Shown here in pieces: positions 19,316 through 30,379 of a stretch of DNA of 40,000 nt; the stretch's first letter is position 1, and each line of letters starts with the position of its first letter. The notes beneath the pieces are model-generated. The model had not been told where the DNA came from, did not search any database, and saw only the letters and a program-made list of their open reading frames with translations. The stretch is from an uncultured Clostridia bacterium (GTDB lineage: Bacteria > Bacillota > Clostridia > TANB77 > CAG-508), in contig CANRAW010000005.1 in NCBI GenBank assembly GCA_947628715.1, forward strand, positions 12,310 through 52,309, written 5' to 3'. Both the position numbers and the translations under genes were made by a program.

Positions 19316-20341
19316 GTGAAAGTTGACGAATTTGATTATGAACTACCAGAAGAACTAATAGCACAGACACCAATAAAAAAACGTGATATGTCAAGACTTA
19401 TGGTACTAGATAGAAAAAAACAAACAATAGAAAAATCAAAAATTTTCTCAGACGTAATAGACTACTTAGAAGAAGGAGATTGTCTAGTTATAAATAACAC
19501 AAAAGTTATACCTGCAAGGCTATATGGAAAAAAAGAAACAGGCGCAAATATTGAATTTCTTCTATTAAAGCAATTAGAAGGAGATATTTGGGAAAGCATA
19601 GTAAGACCAGGTAATAAACTAAAAATTGGAACAAAAGTTATCTTCGGAGATGGAATATTAAAGGCAGAAGTATTAGATATTTTGCCAGGAGGAACAAGAA
19701 AAGTAAAATTCGAATATAAAGGAATTTTCAACGAAATACTTGATAAAATAGGACTTATGCCACTTCCACCATATATACATGAAGAATTAAGAGAAAAGGA
19801 TAGATACCAAACAATATATGCCAAATATGATGGATCTGCAGCTGCACCAACTGCTGGTTTACATTTTACAGAAGAATTAATGAAAAAGATTGAAGATAAA
19901 GGAATAAAAATAGCAAAAGTTACACTTCATGTTGGCATAGGAACATTTAGACCAGTTAAAGAAGAAAACATAGAAGAACATGAAATGCACTCAGAACACT
20001 TTTATGTAAAAGAAGAAGATGTTAAAAAAATAAATGAAACAAAGAAAAATGGAAAAAGAGTAATTGCAGTTGGGACAACCTCATGCAGAGTATTAGAAAG
20101 TATAGCAGACGAAAATGGATTAATATATTCATGTGAACAAGATACAAGTATATATATATATCCAGGTTATAGATTTAAGTGTATAGATGGACTTATTACA
20201 AATTTCCATTTACCTAAATCAACACTAATAATGCTAGTATCTGCTTTTGCAGGAAGAGAATACATACTTAAAGCATATAAAGAAGCAGTAAATGATAAGT
20301 TTAGATTTTTCAGCTTTGGAGATGCAATGCTTATTATTTAG
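19316..20341 (+). CDS. queA: S-adenosylmethionine:tRNA ribosyltransferase-isomerase
   Basis: GTG start. [17 protein letters not shown].., [12 protein letters not shown] and VGTTSCR motifs. 341 aa. Confidence 0.95.
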   Translation: MKVDEFDYELPEELIAQTPIKKRDMSRLMVLDRKKQTIEKSKIFSDVIDYLEEGDCLVINNTKVIPARLYGKKETGANIEFLLLKQLEGDIWESIVRPGNKLKIGTKVIFGDGILKAEVLDILPGGTRKVKFEYKGIFNEILDKIGLMPLPPYIHEELREKDRYQTIYAKYDGSAAAPTAGLHFTEELMKKIEDKGIKIAKVTLHVGIGTFRPVKEENIEEHEMHSEHFYVKEEDVKKINETKKNGKRVIAVGTTSCRVLESIADENGLIYSCEQDTSIYIYPGYRFKCIDGLITNFHLPKSTLIMLVSAFAGREYILKAYKEAVNDKFRFFSFGDAMLII

Positions 20342-21188
20342 TCAAAATTGCTCTTTTATATAAATTGCAAATGGCACACTCAGTACAAATTTCACATCTA
20401 TCTTCAAAAATGAGTTTTAAAGTATTTATAAATTCTTTATCGTCCTCTTTACCTTGAACTAGATGTATAATTAGCTTTTTAGGAACAATGCTAAGCAAAG
20501 TGTTTAGTGCATAATCATTTGAAGAAAAAGTAATATCAGATAAATATTTTGCCTTAAAAACATTATCATCCACTTTGATAATGTTTTTTTCTTCGTCAAG
20601 AAGTATGCTATCTCCATTGTGATATATCAGATGCACAATAGAAGCATTACAAGGAGTTATAGAAACATAAAGTTTTAATATATTTACAAATTCATTATAT
20701 TCTTTTTCAATTAAAAATTTATTAACACAAATATCAACTGCATAATCTAAATCTTTCATATAATTTTGTAATCTAAAATTAACAAGCCCTTCTATAACAA
20801 CAGATTTATTATTTTTAATATAATCTAAAACTTGGTAATAAATAGAAAAATAAGTATCGTCTCTAGTAATATCATCATTAGCAATAAAATCTTTTGCATC
20901 CTTTAGAATTTGTCTCTTTTCTTGACTAGAAAAATAAAAATAATTATATTCTAGAATTCTTTTAAGTAGTTTTAATTCATAAAACTCAATGATACACTCT
21001 GTAAGGATAGAAGAAACCCTATCATAAAAAAATTCGCAGTTATCTAAGCTGTAATGAATAATAACATTATTATATAATTTGAATTTTTTATTAGAAATGC
21101 AAAGGGAATCAATATTTGAAGTAGAAAATCTATCTATCAAATAAGATATAATTTCCGCATTATTATTTTTAAAGCATAACGACTTCAT
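20334..21188 (-). CDS. Hypothetical protein, possibly a YtxC-like sporulation protein
   Basis: 284-aa ORF converging on queA with an 8-nt overlap. The probable start is ATG 21188, after the RBS gaaagggg. The C-terminal Cys cluster is [10 protein letters not shown]. The family call is from memory of size and composition only. Confidence 0.45.
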   Translation of the reverse strand: MKSLCFKNNNAEIISYLIDRFSTSNIDSLCISNKKFKLYNNVIIHYSLDNCEFFYDRVSSILTECIIEFYELKLLKRILEYNYFYFSSQEKRQILKDAKDFIANDDITRDDTYFSIYYQVLDYIKNNKSVVIEGLVNFRLQNYMKDLDYAVDICVNKFLIEKEYNEFVNILKLYVSITPCNASIVHLIYHNGDSILLDEEKNIIKVDDNVFKAKYLSDITFSSNDYALNTLLSIVPKKLIIHLVQGKEDDKEFINTLKLIFEDRCEICTECAICNLYKRAILTK

Positions 21189-21295
21189 TAATATAAAAAC
21201 CCCTTTCAAATACGATTCGTATATATTATTTGCTTAAAAACAAACAGATATACATTATCTTATTCAAAAAGGGTATTTTTGAAACTTGTATAAAC

Positions 21296-22888
21296 TTAAA
21301 CATATATTTTATAATCAATTTCAGGGAAAATCGGATCTTTTTCGCAAATATCATTTAAAAACGTTTTATCAATTTTATCTTCTTTAATTTGATTATATAG
21401 CTTAGTAAACCTTCCAACATGGTCTTTAGTCCTTTTTTTAGCATAATCAACCATAGTACCACTTGTTATGATAAAATTCCAATCACTACTTTGAGCAAGT
21501 AAAAGTTCCCTTGCACATTGATTCAAAGCTTTAATCTTAGTCTTATCAGTTTCATTTTTATAAGTATTTGCAAGCTCAACCATCCTATCACCGCAAATAT
21601 GTAGATGCCTTATAGCATAATCATTAAGCTCATTTAACCATACCTCGCTATAGCCATTTGCACCCCAACTAGAACGACAAGGAGTACACATCTGAATATC
21701 TGGATATTTATCAATAAATTCTCCTGGAGTTATTAGTTTAAAATCAGACTTATCATAATAAATCTTTTTAAATAAAATATATAACCAATAAGGACCTTCA
21801 TACCACCAATGACCAAAAAGCTCAGCATCATAAGGACAAAGTATAATAGGAGGAGTCTGCATATAATTTGCAAGATTATTTATTTGAGCTTGTCTAGAAT
21901 CAAAGAAATGACCAGCTTGTTTTTCAGCAGAATCCATTGCCCACCTTATATTATAAACATCCTTATTTTCAGTATTACCAGTAATTCTATTGTATTTAAT
22001 ACCAGTATTAACTCTTACACCATCATAAGTAATATAAGGCTTTATATAATCATAATCAGCTTCATATCCAATATCTCTATAGAACTCTCTATAGTTATAA
22101 TCACCTGGATAACCGCAAATAGAACTCCAAACTTGTTTAGAAGCCTCTAAATCACGACCAAAAGCAACAACACCGTCTGGAGAAATAATAGGCGCAAAAG
22201 TACCATAAACAGGTGTAGGATTGGCATATAAAATACCATGTGTTTCAGTTATAATATATTCAATACCAAATTCTCTTAAATATTTGTCAGCTTCAGGAAC
22301 ATAGCCACATTCTGGTAACCAAATACCACGAGGCTTTCTTCCAAAATATTTTTCATAAGTTTGTACGCCAACAGCAATTTGAGCACGCACAGTTTTCTCA
22401 TTTACATATAAAATAGGAAAATAGCCATGAGTTGCACCACAAGTAATAATCTCAAGAACACCAATATCTTGAAAATGCTTAAATCCTTGTATAATATTAC
22501 AATTATATACATCTCTAAAAATGTGTAAATCAGAAGAATATCTTTCTAAGTAATATTTTGATAATTTATTAATTCGCTCGTCATACTTAGTTCTTACAAC
22601 TTCTTTTTTACACAATTCAATATGTTTATTTAAATAATTAATATATCTTTCCTGCAACAATTTATTATCTAACATAGAAAGCAAAGGGGGAGTAAGAGAC
22701 ATAGTAATTCTAAAATCAACTTTTTCCTCCTCTAATTTCTTAAAATTCGTTAGTAATGGAATATAAGTTTCAGAAATTGCCTCAAAAAGCCACTCTTCTT
22801 CAAGGTAATTCGTACTTTCTGGATGATGCACAAAAGGTAAATGCGCATGTAAGACAAAACTTACATATCCTTTTGGATTATTAGTCAT
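21296..22888 (-). CDS. Glycoside hydrolase family 57 1,4-alpha-glucan branching enzyme
   Basis: GYVSFVLHAHLPFVHHPE.. N-terminus, a WLPECGY region, ELFGHWW and a C-terminal helical domain typical of GH57 branching enzymes. 530 aa. Confidence 0.9.
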   Translation of the reverse strand: MTNNPKGYVSFVLHAHLPFVHHPESTNYLEEEWLFEAISETYIPLLTNFKKLEEEKVDFRITMSLTPPLLSMLDNKLLQERYINYLNKHIELCKKEVVRTKYDERINKLSKYYLERYSSDLHIFRDVYNCNIIQGFKHFQDIGVLEIITCGATHGYFPILYVNEKTVRAQIAVGVQTYEKYFGRKPRGIWLPECGYVPEADKYLREFGIEYIITETHGILYANPTPVYGTFAPIISPDGVVAFGRDLEASKQVWSSICGYPGDYNYREFYRDIGYEADYDYIKPYITYDGVRVNTGIKYNRITGNTENKDVYNIRWAMDSAEKQAGHFFDSRQAQINNLANYMQTPPIILCPYDAELFGHWWYEGPYWLYILFKKIYYDKSDFKLITPGEFIDKYPDIQMCTPCRSSWGANGYSEVWLNELNDYAIRHLHICGDRMVELANTYKNETDKTKIKALNQCARELLLAQSSDWNFIITSGTMVDYAKKRTKDHVGRFTKLYNQIKEDKIDKTFLNDICEKDPIFPEIDYKIYV

Positions 22889-22907
22889 TTGTTGTTCCTC
22901 TTTCTAC

Positions 22908-23852
22908 TTATCTTAAAAACTCACCAGAAGATGGGTTTCCAATTACATTAAATAATTCGTCTTTATATAATCTACTATAAATATCATATAAATTACCATA
23001 TAACTTATCCATGTCATTTATAAATCTCAAGCTACCAAAATCTTTAGAAGAAAGAATACCAGTTTTAGCATTTCTAAAAATAACATTTCCGAGATTAGTA
23101 TTTTCAAACAATATATGATCATTTGGAGAAACGATATCATTAGAAGAATATATATAAATATATTCATTAGGTCTAGAAATAATTTTTCTACCAAGCTCAA
23201 TAACATAATCGCAATTAGCTTCTTGAGTTCTAATATACCAACTATTGGCAAAATCATTTATTTCAATCTCAAAAGAGTAATTATTAGTTAAATTATGAAC
23301 GATTAAAATAGGTATAGATTCATTAAAGAAATCAGCACCATATTGATTAACTAAGTTTGCTCTATCTTCATCAGAAATATCCCAGTAAACAAATAAAGTT
23401 GTAGGAGTTTGAGCAAGAATTCTTACAATTGTTTGATTATATCTATATGGTAAATCATAATACTCTGCAAGCATCTGCTTTGCAGTAGTTGATTTTTTTA
23501 CTCTTGGTTTTCTTGTTTTAGAAGAAGTCTTTTTTAAGATAGAATCTTTTTTCAATGCTATAATCTTTTTAATAGAACCATTTTTTACAGAAACTACCTT
23601 GAAAGAAGTAGCCTTTAATATTTTTCTTTTAGATACTTTTGTTATAACAATCTTTTTTGCAGAAGTAGTAGACTTAGATTTACTTTTAGTCTCAGTCTTT
23701 GCAGAAGAAGACTTAATTGGAGCTTTAGTCTTTTTAGAAGTAACCTTTTTTTCAGACTTTGTTACTTTAACCTCTTTGCTAGAACCTTTCTCCTTGCTAA
23801 TTTTAGTGCTTTTTTTATTATTTTCTTCAGATGCTACTTTTTTATTTGCCAT
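22908..23852 (-). CDS. DUF4912-domain protein with a K/S/T-rich N-terminal region
   Basis: The probable start is ATG 23852, after the RBS aaggagga; the ORF-track start at 23948 is an extension. The C-terminal part (YDLPYRYNQTIVRILAQTPTTLFVYWDISDE..) resembles DUF4912, which commonly accompanies GH57 genes. Confidence 0.7.
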   Translation of the reverse strand: MANKKVASEENNKKSTKISKEKGSSKEVKVTKSEKKVTSKKTKAPIKSSSAKTETKSKSKSTTSAKKIVITKVSKRKILKATSFKVVSVKNGSIKKIIALKKDSILKKTSSKTRKPRVKKSTTAKQMLAEYYDLPYRYNQTIVRILAQTPTTLFVYWDISDEDRANLVNQYGADFFNESIPILIVHNLTNNYSFEIEINDFANSWYIRTQEANCDYVIELGRKIISRPNEYIYIYSSNDIVSPNDHILFENTNLGNVIFRNAKTGILSSKDFGSLRFINDMDKLYGNLYDIYSRLYKDELFNVIGNPSSGEFLR

Positions 23853-23942
23853 AAAAACTTCCTCCTTGGTAAAAATTATATCATATATCATATACCAAAA
23901 ATCAAATAAATTCAATATAATTCTTAATAAAAAATTAAAAAC

Positions 23943-23971
23943 TTGCAAAAAATTTTTCCCTATGGTATAAT
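23943..23971 (+). promoter_or_regulatory. Candidate strong promoter for the GT-A-like gene
   Basis: ttgcaa (23943-23948), 17-nt spacer, tataat (23966-23971), preceded by tgg. Confidence 0.6.
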
Positions 23972-24046
23972 ATGAAAAATTGTACTAAAAATAAACAAAA
24001 GCTAAACAAAAATTTTAGCAAAAAAGAAGAAAAGGAATGTGGAAAT

Positions 24047-25312
24047 ATGGCAAAACCAATCGAGTTTGGAATTGGATTTTTAACAGGAAGAACAAATATC
24101 TGTAACATAATAAACTACTGTTATAAAGACATGATAGAACAAATGAAAAAATATCCAGAACCCGTAAATTTAACGATATTTATATTATATGACTTAGACT
24201 ATCAACACACAAAAAGAGAAGAATTTTATACTCTAAAAGACGATGTATACAAAAAAATACAAATAAAATACATTACACCAGAAGACATTGAAGAAGAAAA
24301 GAAAATATTAAAATCAAGATACAATTTAACTAAAAACGAAGTTAATCTATTTTTAGGTAAAGGTTATGCTAGAGCAAGAAACTCAATAATGTATTTTGCA
24401 CTCAAAAGAAAAATAGATTATCTTTTCTTTTGGGATGATGACGAATATCCTTATGCAAATATTAAAGGTGCAGACGGAAAGATAATATGGGAAAAACAAG
24501 ATAACCTTTTAGAACACTTAAACGTTATAACATATTCAGATGTAACAATGGGACATAGATGCGGAAATATGTCTCCAGTTCCATATATAGATTTTGGTGA
24601 AGATTCAATTATGGAACATGACTTTAAAGAATATATAGATGCAGTAAGTAATGAAGCAGTATCTTGGGAAAAAGTACAAGACATGATGAAAAAAGACGAA
24701 AACGGAATATCTTATGCAGAATCAGATATAACAGAAGGAAAAGACAAAATAGTATTAAAACATGTTGGAATGAAAAATTGGTTATTAGCATCAGGAATAT
24801 GCTTAAACCTAACACACTTAGATAAGATACCTGCGTTTTATAACCCACCAGATGCAAGAGGAGAAGATACGTTCTTTTCAACATTACTTACAGAAGCACA
24901 AGTAGTAAAAGTACCAACATACCATTTTCATGATGCTTTCCTAAAATATCCAGGAATACTTAAAGAAAAATTCCCAAAGAGATTTGAAAAAATGGAATTA
25001 AACTCAAAAAGCGTTGGTGAAAGATTCTTAAAAGCATCAATTGGGTGGATAAAATATAAACCATTGCTTATGTATATAATGCAAAGACAAACCTACTTAA
25101 TGGATATAGAAATAGCAAAAGAAAAGCTAAAAAATAGTATAGACAAAATTAATGCAATATTCCCAGAAAGCGATTTCTTGTGCTTAGTTGACGAATTAGA
25201 AAAATATGATGAAAATGTACAAGAACATTACAGAGAATATCTAAAAACAAACGATGTATGGAATAGAATAAAAATAAAAATACAAGAAGAAGGAATTATG
25301 CCAGAAAATTAA
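24047..25312 (+). CDS. Uncharacterised protein with GT-A glycosyltransferase-like motifs
   Basis: Starts MAKPIEFGIGFL. Carries GYARARN, FFWDDDEYP (DxD-like) and ARGEDTFF motifs. I could not assign a family. The ORF-track start at 23972 lies upstream of the predicted TSS. Confidence 0.5.
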   Translation: MAKPIEFGIGFLTGRTNICNIINYCYKDMIEQMKKYPEPVNLTIFILYDLDYQHTKREEFYTLKDDVYKKIQIKYITPEDIEEEKKILKSRYNLTKNEVNLFLGKGYARARNSIMYFALKRKIDYLFFWDDDEYPYANIKGADGKIIWEKQDNLLEHLNVITYSDVTMGHRCGNMSPVPYIDFGEDSIMEHDFKEYIDAVSNEAVSWEKVQDMMKKDENGISYAESDITEGKDKIVLKHVGMKNWLLASGICLNLTHLDKIPAFYNPPDARGEDTFFSTLLTEAQVVKVPTYHFHDAFLKYPGILKEKFPKRFEKMELNSKSVGERFLKASIGWIKYKPLLMYIMQRQTYLMDIEIAKEKLKNSIDKINAIFPESDFLCLVDELEKYDENVQEHYREYLKTNDVWNRIKIKIQEEGIMPEN

Positions 25313-25319
25313 AAAAAGA

Positions 25320-25348
25320 TTGACAAATATTGAATTATATGCTAAAAT
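25320..25348 (+). promoter_or_regulatory. Promoter of the rplU-rpmA operon
   Basis: ttgaca (25320-25325), 17-nt spacer, taaaat (25343-25348), preceded by tgc. Confidence 0.6.
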
Positions 25349-25354
25349 ATTAAA

Positions 25355-25452
25355 CTGTAACCGCATAAGTCAAGGTTCATAAATCCTAACTTAAGTTTAG
25401 GTACCTATATTTTAAGGTTAGCGAGTATACGAAAAAGGGAGGTGCTTTCATA
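25355..25452 (+). promoter_or_regulatory. Structured 5' leader of rplU (possible L21-leader autoregulatory element)
   Basis: ~100-nt untranslated leader with local hairpins (cctaacttaagtttagg). The position matches the L21 leader known in Bacillota. I could not verify sequence-level identity. Confidence 0.35.
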
Positions 25453-25848
25453 ATGTACGCAATAATCGAAACTTGTGGAAAGCAATACAAAGTATCAGAA
25501 GGAGACATAGTATTCTTCGAAAAATTAGAAGCAGAGGAAGGAAAAAAAGTAAAATTTGATAAAGTAATCCTTGTTTCAGATAATGGAAAAGTAGAAGTTG
25601 GAACTCCTTATGTAAAAGATGCTAAAGTAGAAGGAAAAGTAATTGCACATGGTAAAGGAAAGAAAATCATTGTTTTCAAATATAAAGCTAAAAAGAATTA
25701 TAGAAGAAAACAAGGACATAGACAACCATACACAAAAGTAGAAATTACATCTGTAAAACTAGGAGCTGAAAAGAAACAAGAAACAGCTAAAACAGAAGCA
25801 AAGGCATCAGAGAAAGAAAAAGCTGAAAAGAAAACAGCAACAAAATAA
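25453..25848 (+). CDS. rplU: 50S ribosomal protein L21 with a K/E/A-rich C-terminal extension
   Basis: [17 protein letters not shown]... Confidence 0.95.
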   Translation: MYAIIETCGKQYKVSEGDIVFFEKLEAEEGKKVKFDKVILVSDNGKVEVGTPYVKDAKVEGKVIAHGKGKKIIVFKYKAKKNYRRKQGHRQPYTKVEITSVKLGAEKKQETAKTEAKASEKEKAEKKTATK

Positions 25849-25901
25849 GAAGAAGTTTAATTTCTAGTGATATATGAAATTTTAGAAAGGAGAGATTCAC
25901 C

Positions 25902-26168
25902 ATGGCACATAAAAAAGGGCAAGGTAGCGTAAAAAATGGTAGAGATAGTGAGTCAAAGCGCCTTGGAGTTAAAAGAGCCGACGGTCAATTTGTTCTAGCT
26001 GGAAATATTTTAATGAGACAAAGAGGAACTAAAATACATCCGGGAACTAATGTTGGAATTGGAAGTGACGATACACTTTATGCGAAAGCAAATGGTATTG
26101 TTAAATTTGAAAGATTAGGAAAAGACAAGAAAAAGGTAAGCGTTTACCCAGAAGAAGAACAAAATTAG
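25902..26168 (+). CDS. rpmA: 50S ribosomal protein L27 (no N-terminal propeptide)
   Basis: [25 protein letters not shown]: the mature-type N-terminus directly after the Met. Confidence 0.95.
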   Translation: MAHKKGQGSVKNGRDSESKRLGVKRADGQFVLAGNILMRQRGTKIHPGTNVGIGSDDTLYAKANGIVKFERLGKDKKKVSVYPEEEQN

Positions 26169-26176
26169 TAAATAAT

Positions 26177-26210
26177 GCTAGGGCAAGAAGAATTAAGCCC
26201 TAGCTTTTTT
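26177..26210 (+). terminator. Rho-independent terminator after rpmA
   Basis: gctagggc-12 nt-gccctagc followed by tttttt. Confidence 0.75.
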
Positions 26211-26249
26211 AAATTTACCTACACATTTTTGAAAGGAATATCTATAAAT

Positions 26250-27326
26250 ATGGGAAAAAGAGTATTACTTGGTATGAGTGGAGGAGTCGATAGTTCCACC
26301 TCAGCAGTATTATTGCAAAAACAAGGATACGATGTAATTGGAATAACACTTAGACTATGGGAAGACGAAGAAAATACAGAAACCTTAGAAGGAGGTTGCT
26401 GTTCTTTTTCGTCTGCTTATGATGCTAAAAGAGTATGTGATAATTTAAACATACCACATTACACATTAGACTTTAAAACAGAATTCAAAAAATATGTTAT
26501 AGATAACTTTATACAATGCTATAAAAACTGCAAAACTCCAAATCCATGTATAGAATGTAATAGACATATAAAATTCAATTTGATGTACAAAAAAGCAGAA
26601 GAATTACAATGTGAATACATAGCAACAGGACATTATGCGAAAACTGAATATAGCGAAAAATATAAACAATATGTATTAAAAAAATCAAATGAAGAAAAGA
26701 AGGATCAAACTTACTTTTTATACAGTATACCAAAAGATATAATACCTAAAATAATATTTCCACTTGCAGAATACGAAAAAAAAGGCAACGTTAGAGAAAT
26801 TGCAAAAGAAAATAATCTTGCAGTCGCAGAAAAAAAAGATAGCCAAGAAGTCTGCTTTATACCAGACAATGACTATGGAAAATTTTTAGAAAAAAATATA
26901 AATGAAAAAATAAAAACAGGAAACATAGTATTAAAAAATGGTGAGATACTAGGAAAACATAGAGGCTTAATATATTATACTGTAGGACAAAGAAAAGGAC
27001 TTGGAATAGCATATAAAGAACCATTATATGTTTTAAATTTAGATAAAGAAAAAAATGAACTAATAGTAGGGACGGAAGAAGAACTATATAATGACACACT
27101 ATATGCAGAAGACTTAAACTTTTTAGTTGATATGGATAAATGGGATGAAAAAATATACGCAAAAATAAGATATAGAGCAAACATAGAAAGGCTCATATCA
27201 GTAAATTTAAAAGATAATAAATTAAAAGTAACATTTGAAAAAAAACAAAGAGCAATAACAAAAGGACAATCTGTAGTATTTTATGATATAGATGGTGTTG
27301 TATTAGGAGGCGGAAAGATAGCTTAA
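26250..27326 (+). CDS. mnmA: tRNA 2-thiouridine(34) synthase MnmA
   Basis: MGKRVLLGMSGGVDSS PP-loop and ATGHYA motif. The ORF-track start at 26175 runs through the upstream terminator and is spurious. Confidence 0.95.
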   Translation: MGKRVLLGMSGGVDSSTSAVLLQKQGYDVIGITLRLWEDEENTETLEGGCCSFSSAYDAKRVCDNLNIPHYTLDFKTEFKKYVIDNFIQCYKNCKTPNPCIECNRHIKFNLMYKKAEELQCEYIATGHYAKTEYSEKYKQYVLKKSNEEKKDQTYFLYSIPKDIIPKIIFPLAEYEKKGNVREIAKENNLAVAEKKDSQEVCFIPDNDYGKFLEKNINEKIKTGNIVLKNGEILGKHRGLIYYTVGQRKGLGIAYKEPLYVLNLDKEKNELIVGTEEELYNDTLYAEDLNFLVDMDKWDEKIYAKIRYRANIERLISVNLKDNKLKVTFEKKQRAITKGQSVVFYDIDGVVLGGGKIA

Positions 27327-27337
27327 AAATTAGATAG

Positions 27338-28483
<1,146 letters not shown>

Positions 28484-28493
28484 GAAAGGAAGG

Positions 28494-29996
28494 ATGAAAA
28501 TGCAAATAGAGCAAGAAGAAGAGATTATACCAAAAGAAAAAGGAAATGGTAATAAATTAAATATATTAATGATTGTATTAATTGTTTTAACAATTATGGC
28601 AGTAATAGGTATAATATATGCAATAATGTATTTCCAAAGTAAAAGATTAAGCATAATAATAGATGGAAAAGCAGTTAGTTTACCAGAAAATACAATAGTA
28701 TTTAAAGAAAATGGTGATATTCATATCTCAATAAAAGATATAGCAGAATATGTAGGATATGAGGCACATAATGGAGAATATAAAGTAGATGTCGAAGACC
28801 CAAACAAAATGTATGTAGAAGCAATAGATGGAACAGAAACAACATCATTTTTTAGAAACTCAAAAGTAATCAGCAAAGTTGCACCAAATACAACAGACGA
28901 CTATGATAATATAACATTAGACGAAGCTGTATACATGGAAGGAGACAAAATGTATACAACTAGCAAAGGATTTATGATTGGATTTAATGCAATATTTGAA
29001 TATGATGAAAATAAAAATAGAATAACTATAACAACTCTTGAAACTTTAGTTGATGCTTATTCTAAAGCAATAGAAAATTATGGATATTCAAAACTAAGTG
29101 AAGACTTTAATAATAGAAAAGCACTTATTTATGGTATGATAGTTGCATTAAACGATAAAAATGGAAAATATGGAGTAATTTCAACAGATGGAACAGAAAT
29201 ACTTAGCCCTAGATATAATGATATACAATTTATAGAAGGAGCTGGAGAATTCATAATAACAAACTCAAGTGAAAAAGTTGGAATCGCATATAGTAATGGA
29301 AAAACAAAAATAACAGTTTCTTATGATGAAATAAAGATTATGGACAGAGAAAGAGGACTATATGTCGTTAAAAGCAATGAAAAATATGGTGTAATTGATT
29401 CTCAAGAAAGTTTTGTTATACACATAGAATATGACAGAATAGGAATTGATTCATCAAAATACCCAGCAGATAATATAAAAAATCAATATATATTATTTGA
29501 TTATATAGTTCCAGCTAGATTAAATGGGAAATGGACACTTTTAAATGTAGACGGACAAAAAATAGTAGAAGATACTTTTGATGAAGTAGGATATATTGCA
29601 GAAGGAGAACAAAGCAAAGTAGTAAACAATGCAGTATCAATTGGAGAAACAGGAACAGTAGTAGTTAGCAAAGATAAAAAATATGGTGGAATAGATGTAA
29701 AAGGTAATACACTTATAGATATCAGATTTGATGCAATATATTCAATGACAACTGCAGGAGTAACAAATTATTATATACTATTTAATGGAATAGAATACAA
29801 TGCAGAAGATTTTATTAATGCAATGAAGGAAAGATTAGGATATAATATAGTAGAAGAACCTGTTACAGAACCAGAACAAGGAAACGATAACACAATAGAT
29901 ACAAATACAGTAAATAATGTAGGTGCCTTGAATCAGGCAGACGTTGTAAATACAACACAAGGAACAACGAATAGCACGAACACAAATAATGTATAA
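28494..29996 (+). CDS. Membrane-anchored WG-repeat (KWG-type) protein
   Basis: N-terminal TM anchor. A stalk domain resembling the copper-amine-oxidase-N-like domains of Clostridia. At least four repeats of the type K(Y/W)G.I...G..I....(Y/F)D.I, and a T/N-rich tail. The start is ATG 28494 or 28500, after the RBS gaaaggaagg. Confidence 0.7.
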   Translation: MKMQIEQEEEIIPKEKGNGNKLNILMIVLIVLTIMAVIGIIYAIMYFQSKRLSIIIDGKAVSLPENTIVFKENGDIHISIKDIAEYVGYEAHNGEYKVDVEDPNKMYVEAIDGTETTSFFRNSKVISKVAPNTTDDYDNITLDEAVYMEGDKMYTTSKGFMIGFNAIFEYDENKNRITITTLETLVDAYSKAIENYGYSKLSEDFNNRKALIYGMIVALNDKNGKYGVISTDGTEILSPRYNDIQFIEGAGEFIITNSSEKVGIAYSNGKTKITVSYDEIKIMDRERGLYVVKSNEKYGVIDSQESFVIHIEYDRIGIDSSKYPADNIKNQYILFDYIVPARLNGKWTLLNVDGQKIVEDTFDEVGYIAEGEQSKVVNNAVSIGETGTVVVSKDKKYGGIDVKGNTLIDIRFDAIYSMTTAGVTNYYILFNGIEYNAEDFINAMKERLGYNIVEEPVTEPEQGNDNTIDTNTVNNVGALNQADVVNTTQGTTNSTNTNNV

Positions 29997-30025
29997 ATTT
30001 GACACAAAGAAAAGTATAAAAATAC

Positions 30026-30054
30026 TTGAAAATGAATATAAAATATGGTACAAT
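30026..30054 (+). promoter_or_regulatory. Promoter of the structured sRNA
   Basis: ttgaaa (30026-30031), 17-nt spacer, tacaat (30049-30054), preceded by tgg. Confidence 0.55.
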
Positions 30055-30061
30055 ATAGATA

Positions 30062-30278
30062 ATATAAGAAACCCTACATGGTGCGTAACGAAAAAGAAAT
30101 TTTAGAACCTACAAAGCAATGGAAAAGGGAGCCGAATCTCTGAATATGGCGTGTATGCTTGCACAAACTGAGATAGCAAGAAACCCACAAGTATTTGGGT
30201 AAGCACCCACCTGTATATATACAGGTCCATAAAATTTCTAAAAACTACGGCCGATGCAGGGTTTCTCAATTTTTTTTG
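30062..30278 (+). ncRNA. ssrS: ~200-nt structured small RNA, 6S RNA-like
   Basis: The 5' gaaaccctacatgg pairs with the 3' ccgatgcagggtttc, and agaaatttta pairs with taaaatttct. This gives a long closing helix around an internally structured centre, followed by a T8 run. It has its own promoter and no ORF. Size and architecture fit 6S RNA, but I could not verify identity. Confidence 0.45.
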
Positions 30279-30318
30279 AAAAAAATTGTAAAAATTTTAA
30301 AAAATATTGAAAAAAGTA

Positions 30319-30347
30319 TTGAAATAAAAAAACATTAATGGTATAAT
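30319..30347 (+). promoter_or_regulatory. Candidate promoter of the sortase-substrate operon
   Basis: ttgaaa (30319-30324), 17-nt spacer, tataat (30342-30347), preceded by tgg. An A-rich upstream region contains repeated ttgaaaaaa. Confidence 0.5.
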
Positions 30348-30379
30348 GAAACAAATTAAAAAAGGAGGAACAATTTTCT

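Noticed and set aside
20334-20341. The 8-nt convergent overlap of the queA and ytxC-like stop regions as a regulatory feature
   Set aside because: Short convergent overlaps are common in compact genomes, and no associated structure was seen.
23599-23970. A plus-strand 123-aa ORF opposite the DUF4912 N-terminus, and the K/S/T-rich region as a tandem repeat
   Set aside because: The ORF is antisense to a supported gene. The Lys/Ser/Thr-rich stretch is compositional low complexity without a definable repeat unit.
30062-30278. A c-di-GMP or other riboswitch controlling the downstream sortase-substrate gene
   Set aside because: I could find none of the conserved riboswitch core sequences I know. 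The terminator stem pairs with the extreme 5' end. A separate promoter (30319-30347) lies between the RNA and the gene, which favours an independent sRNA.
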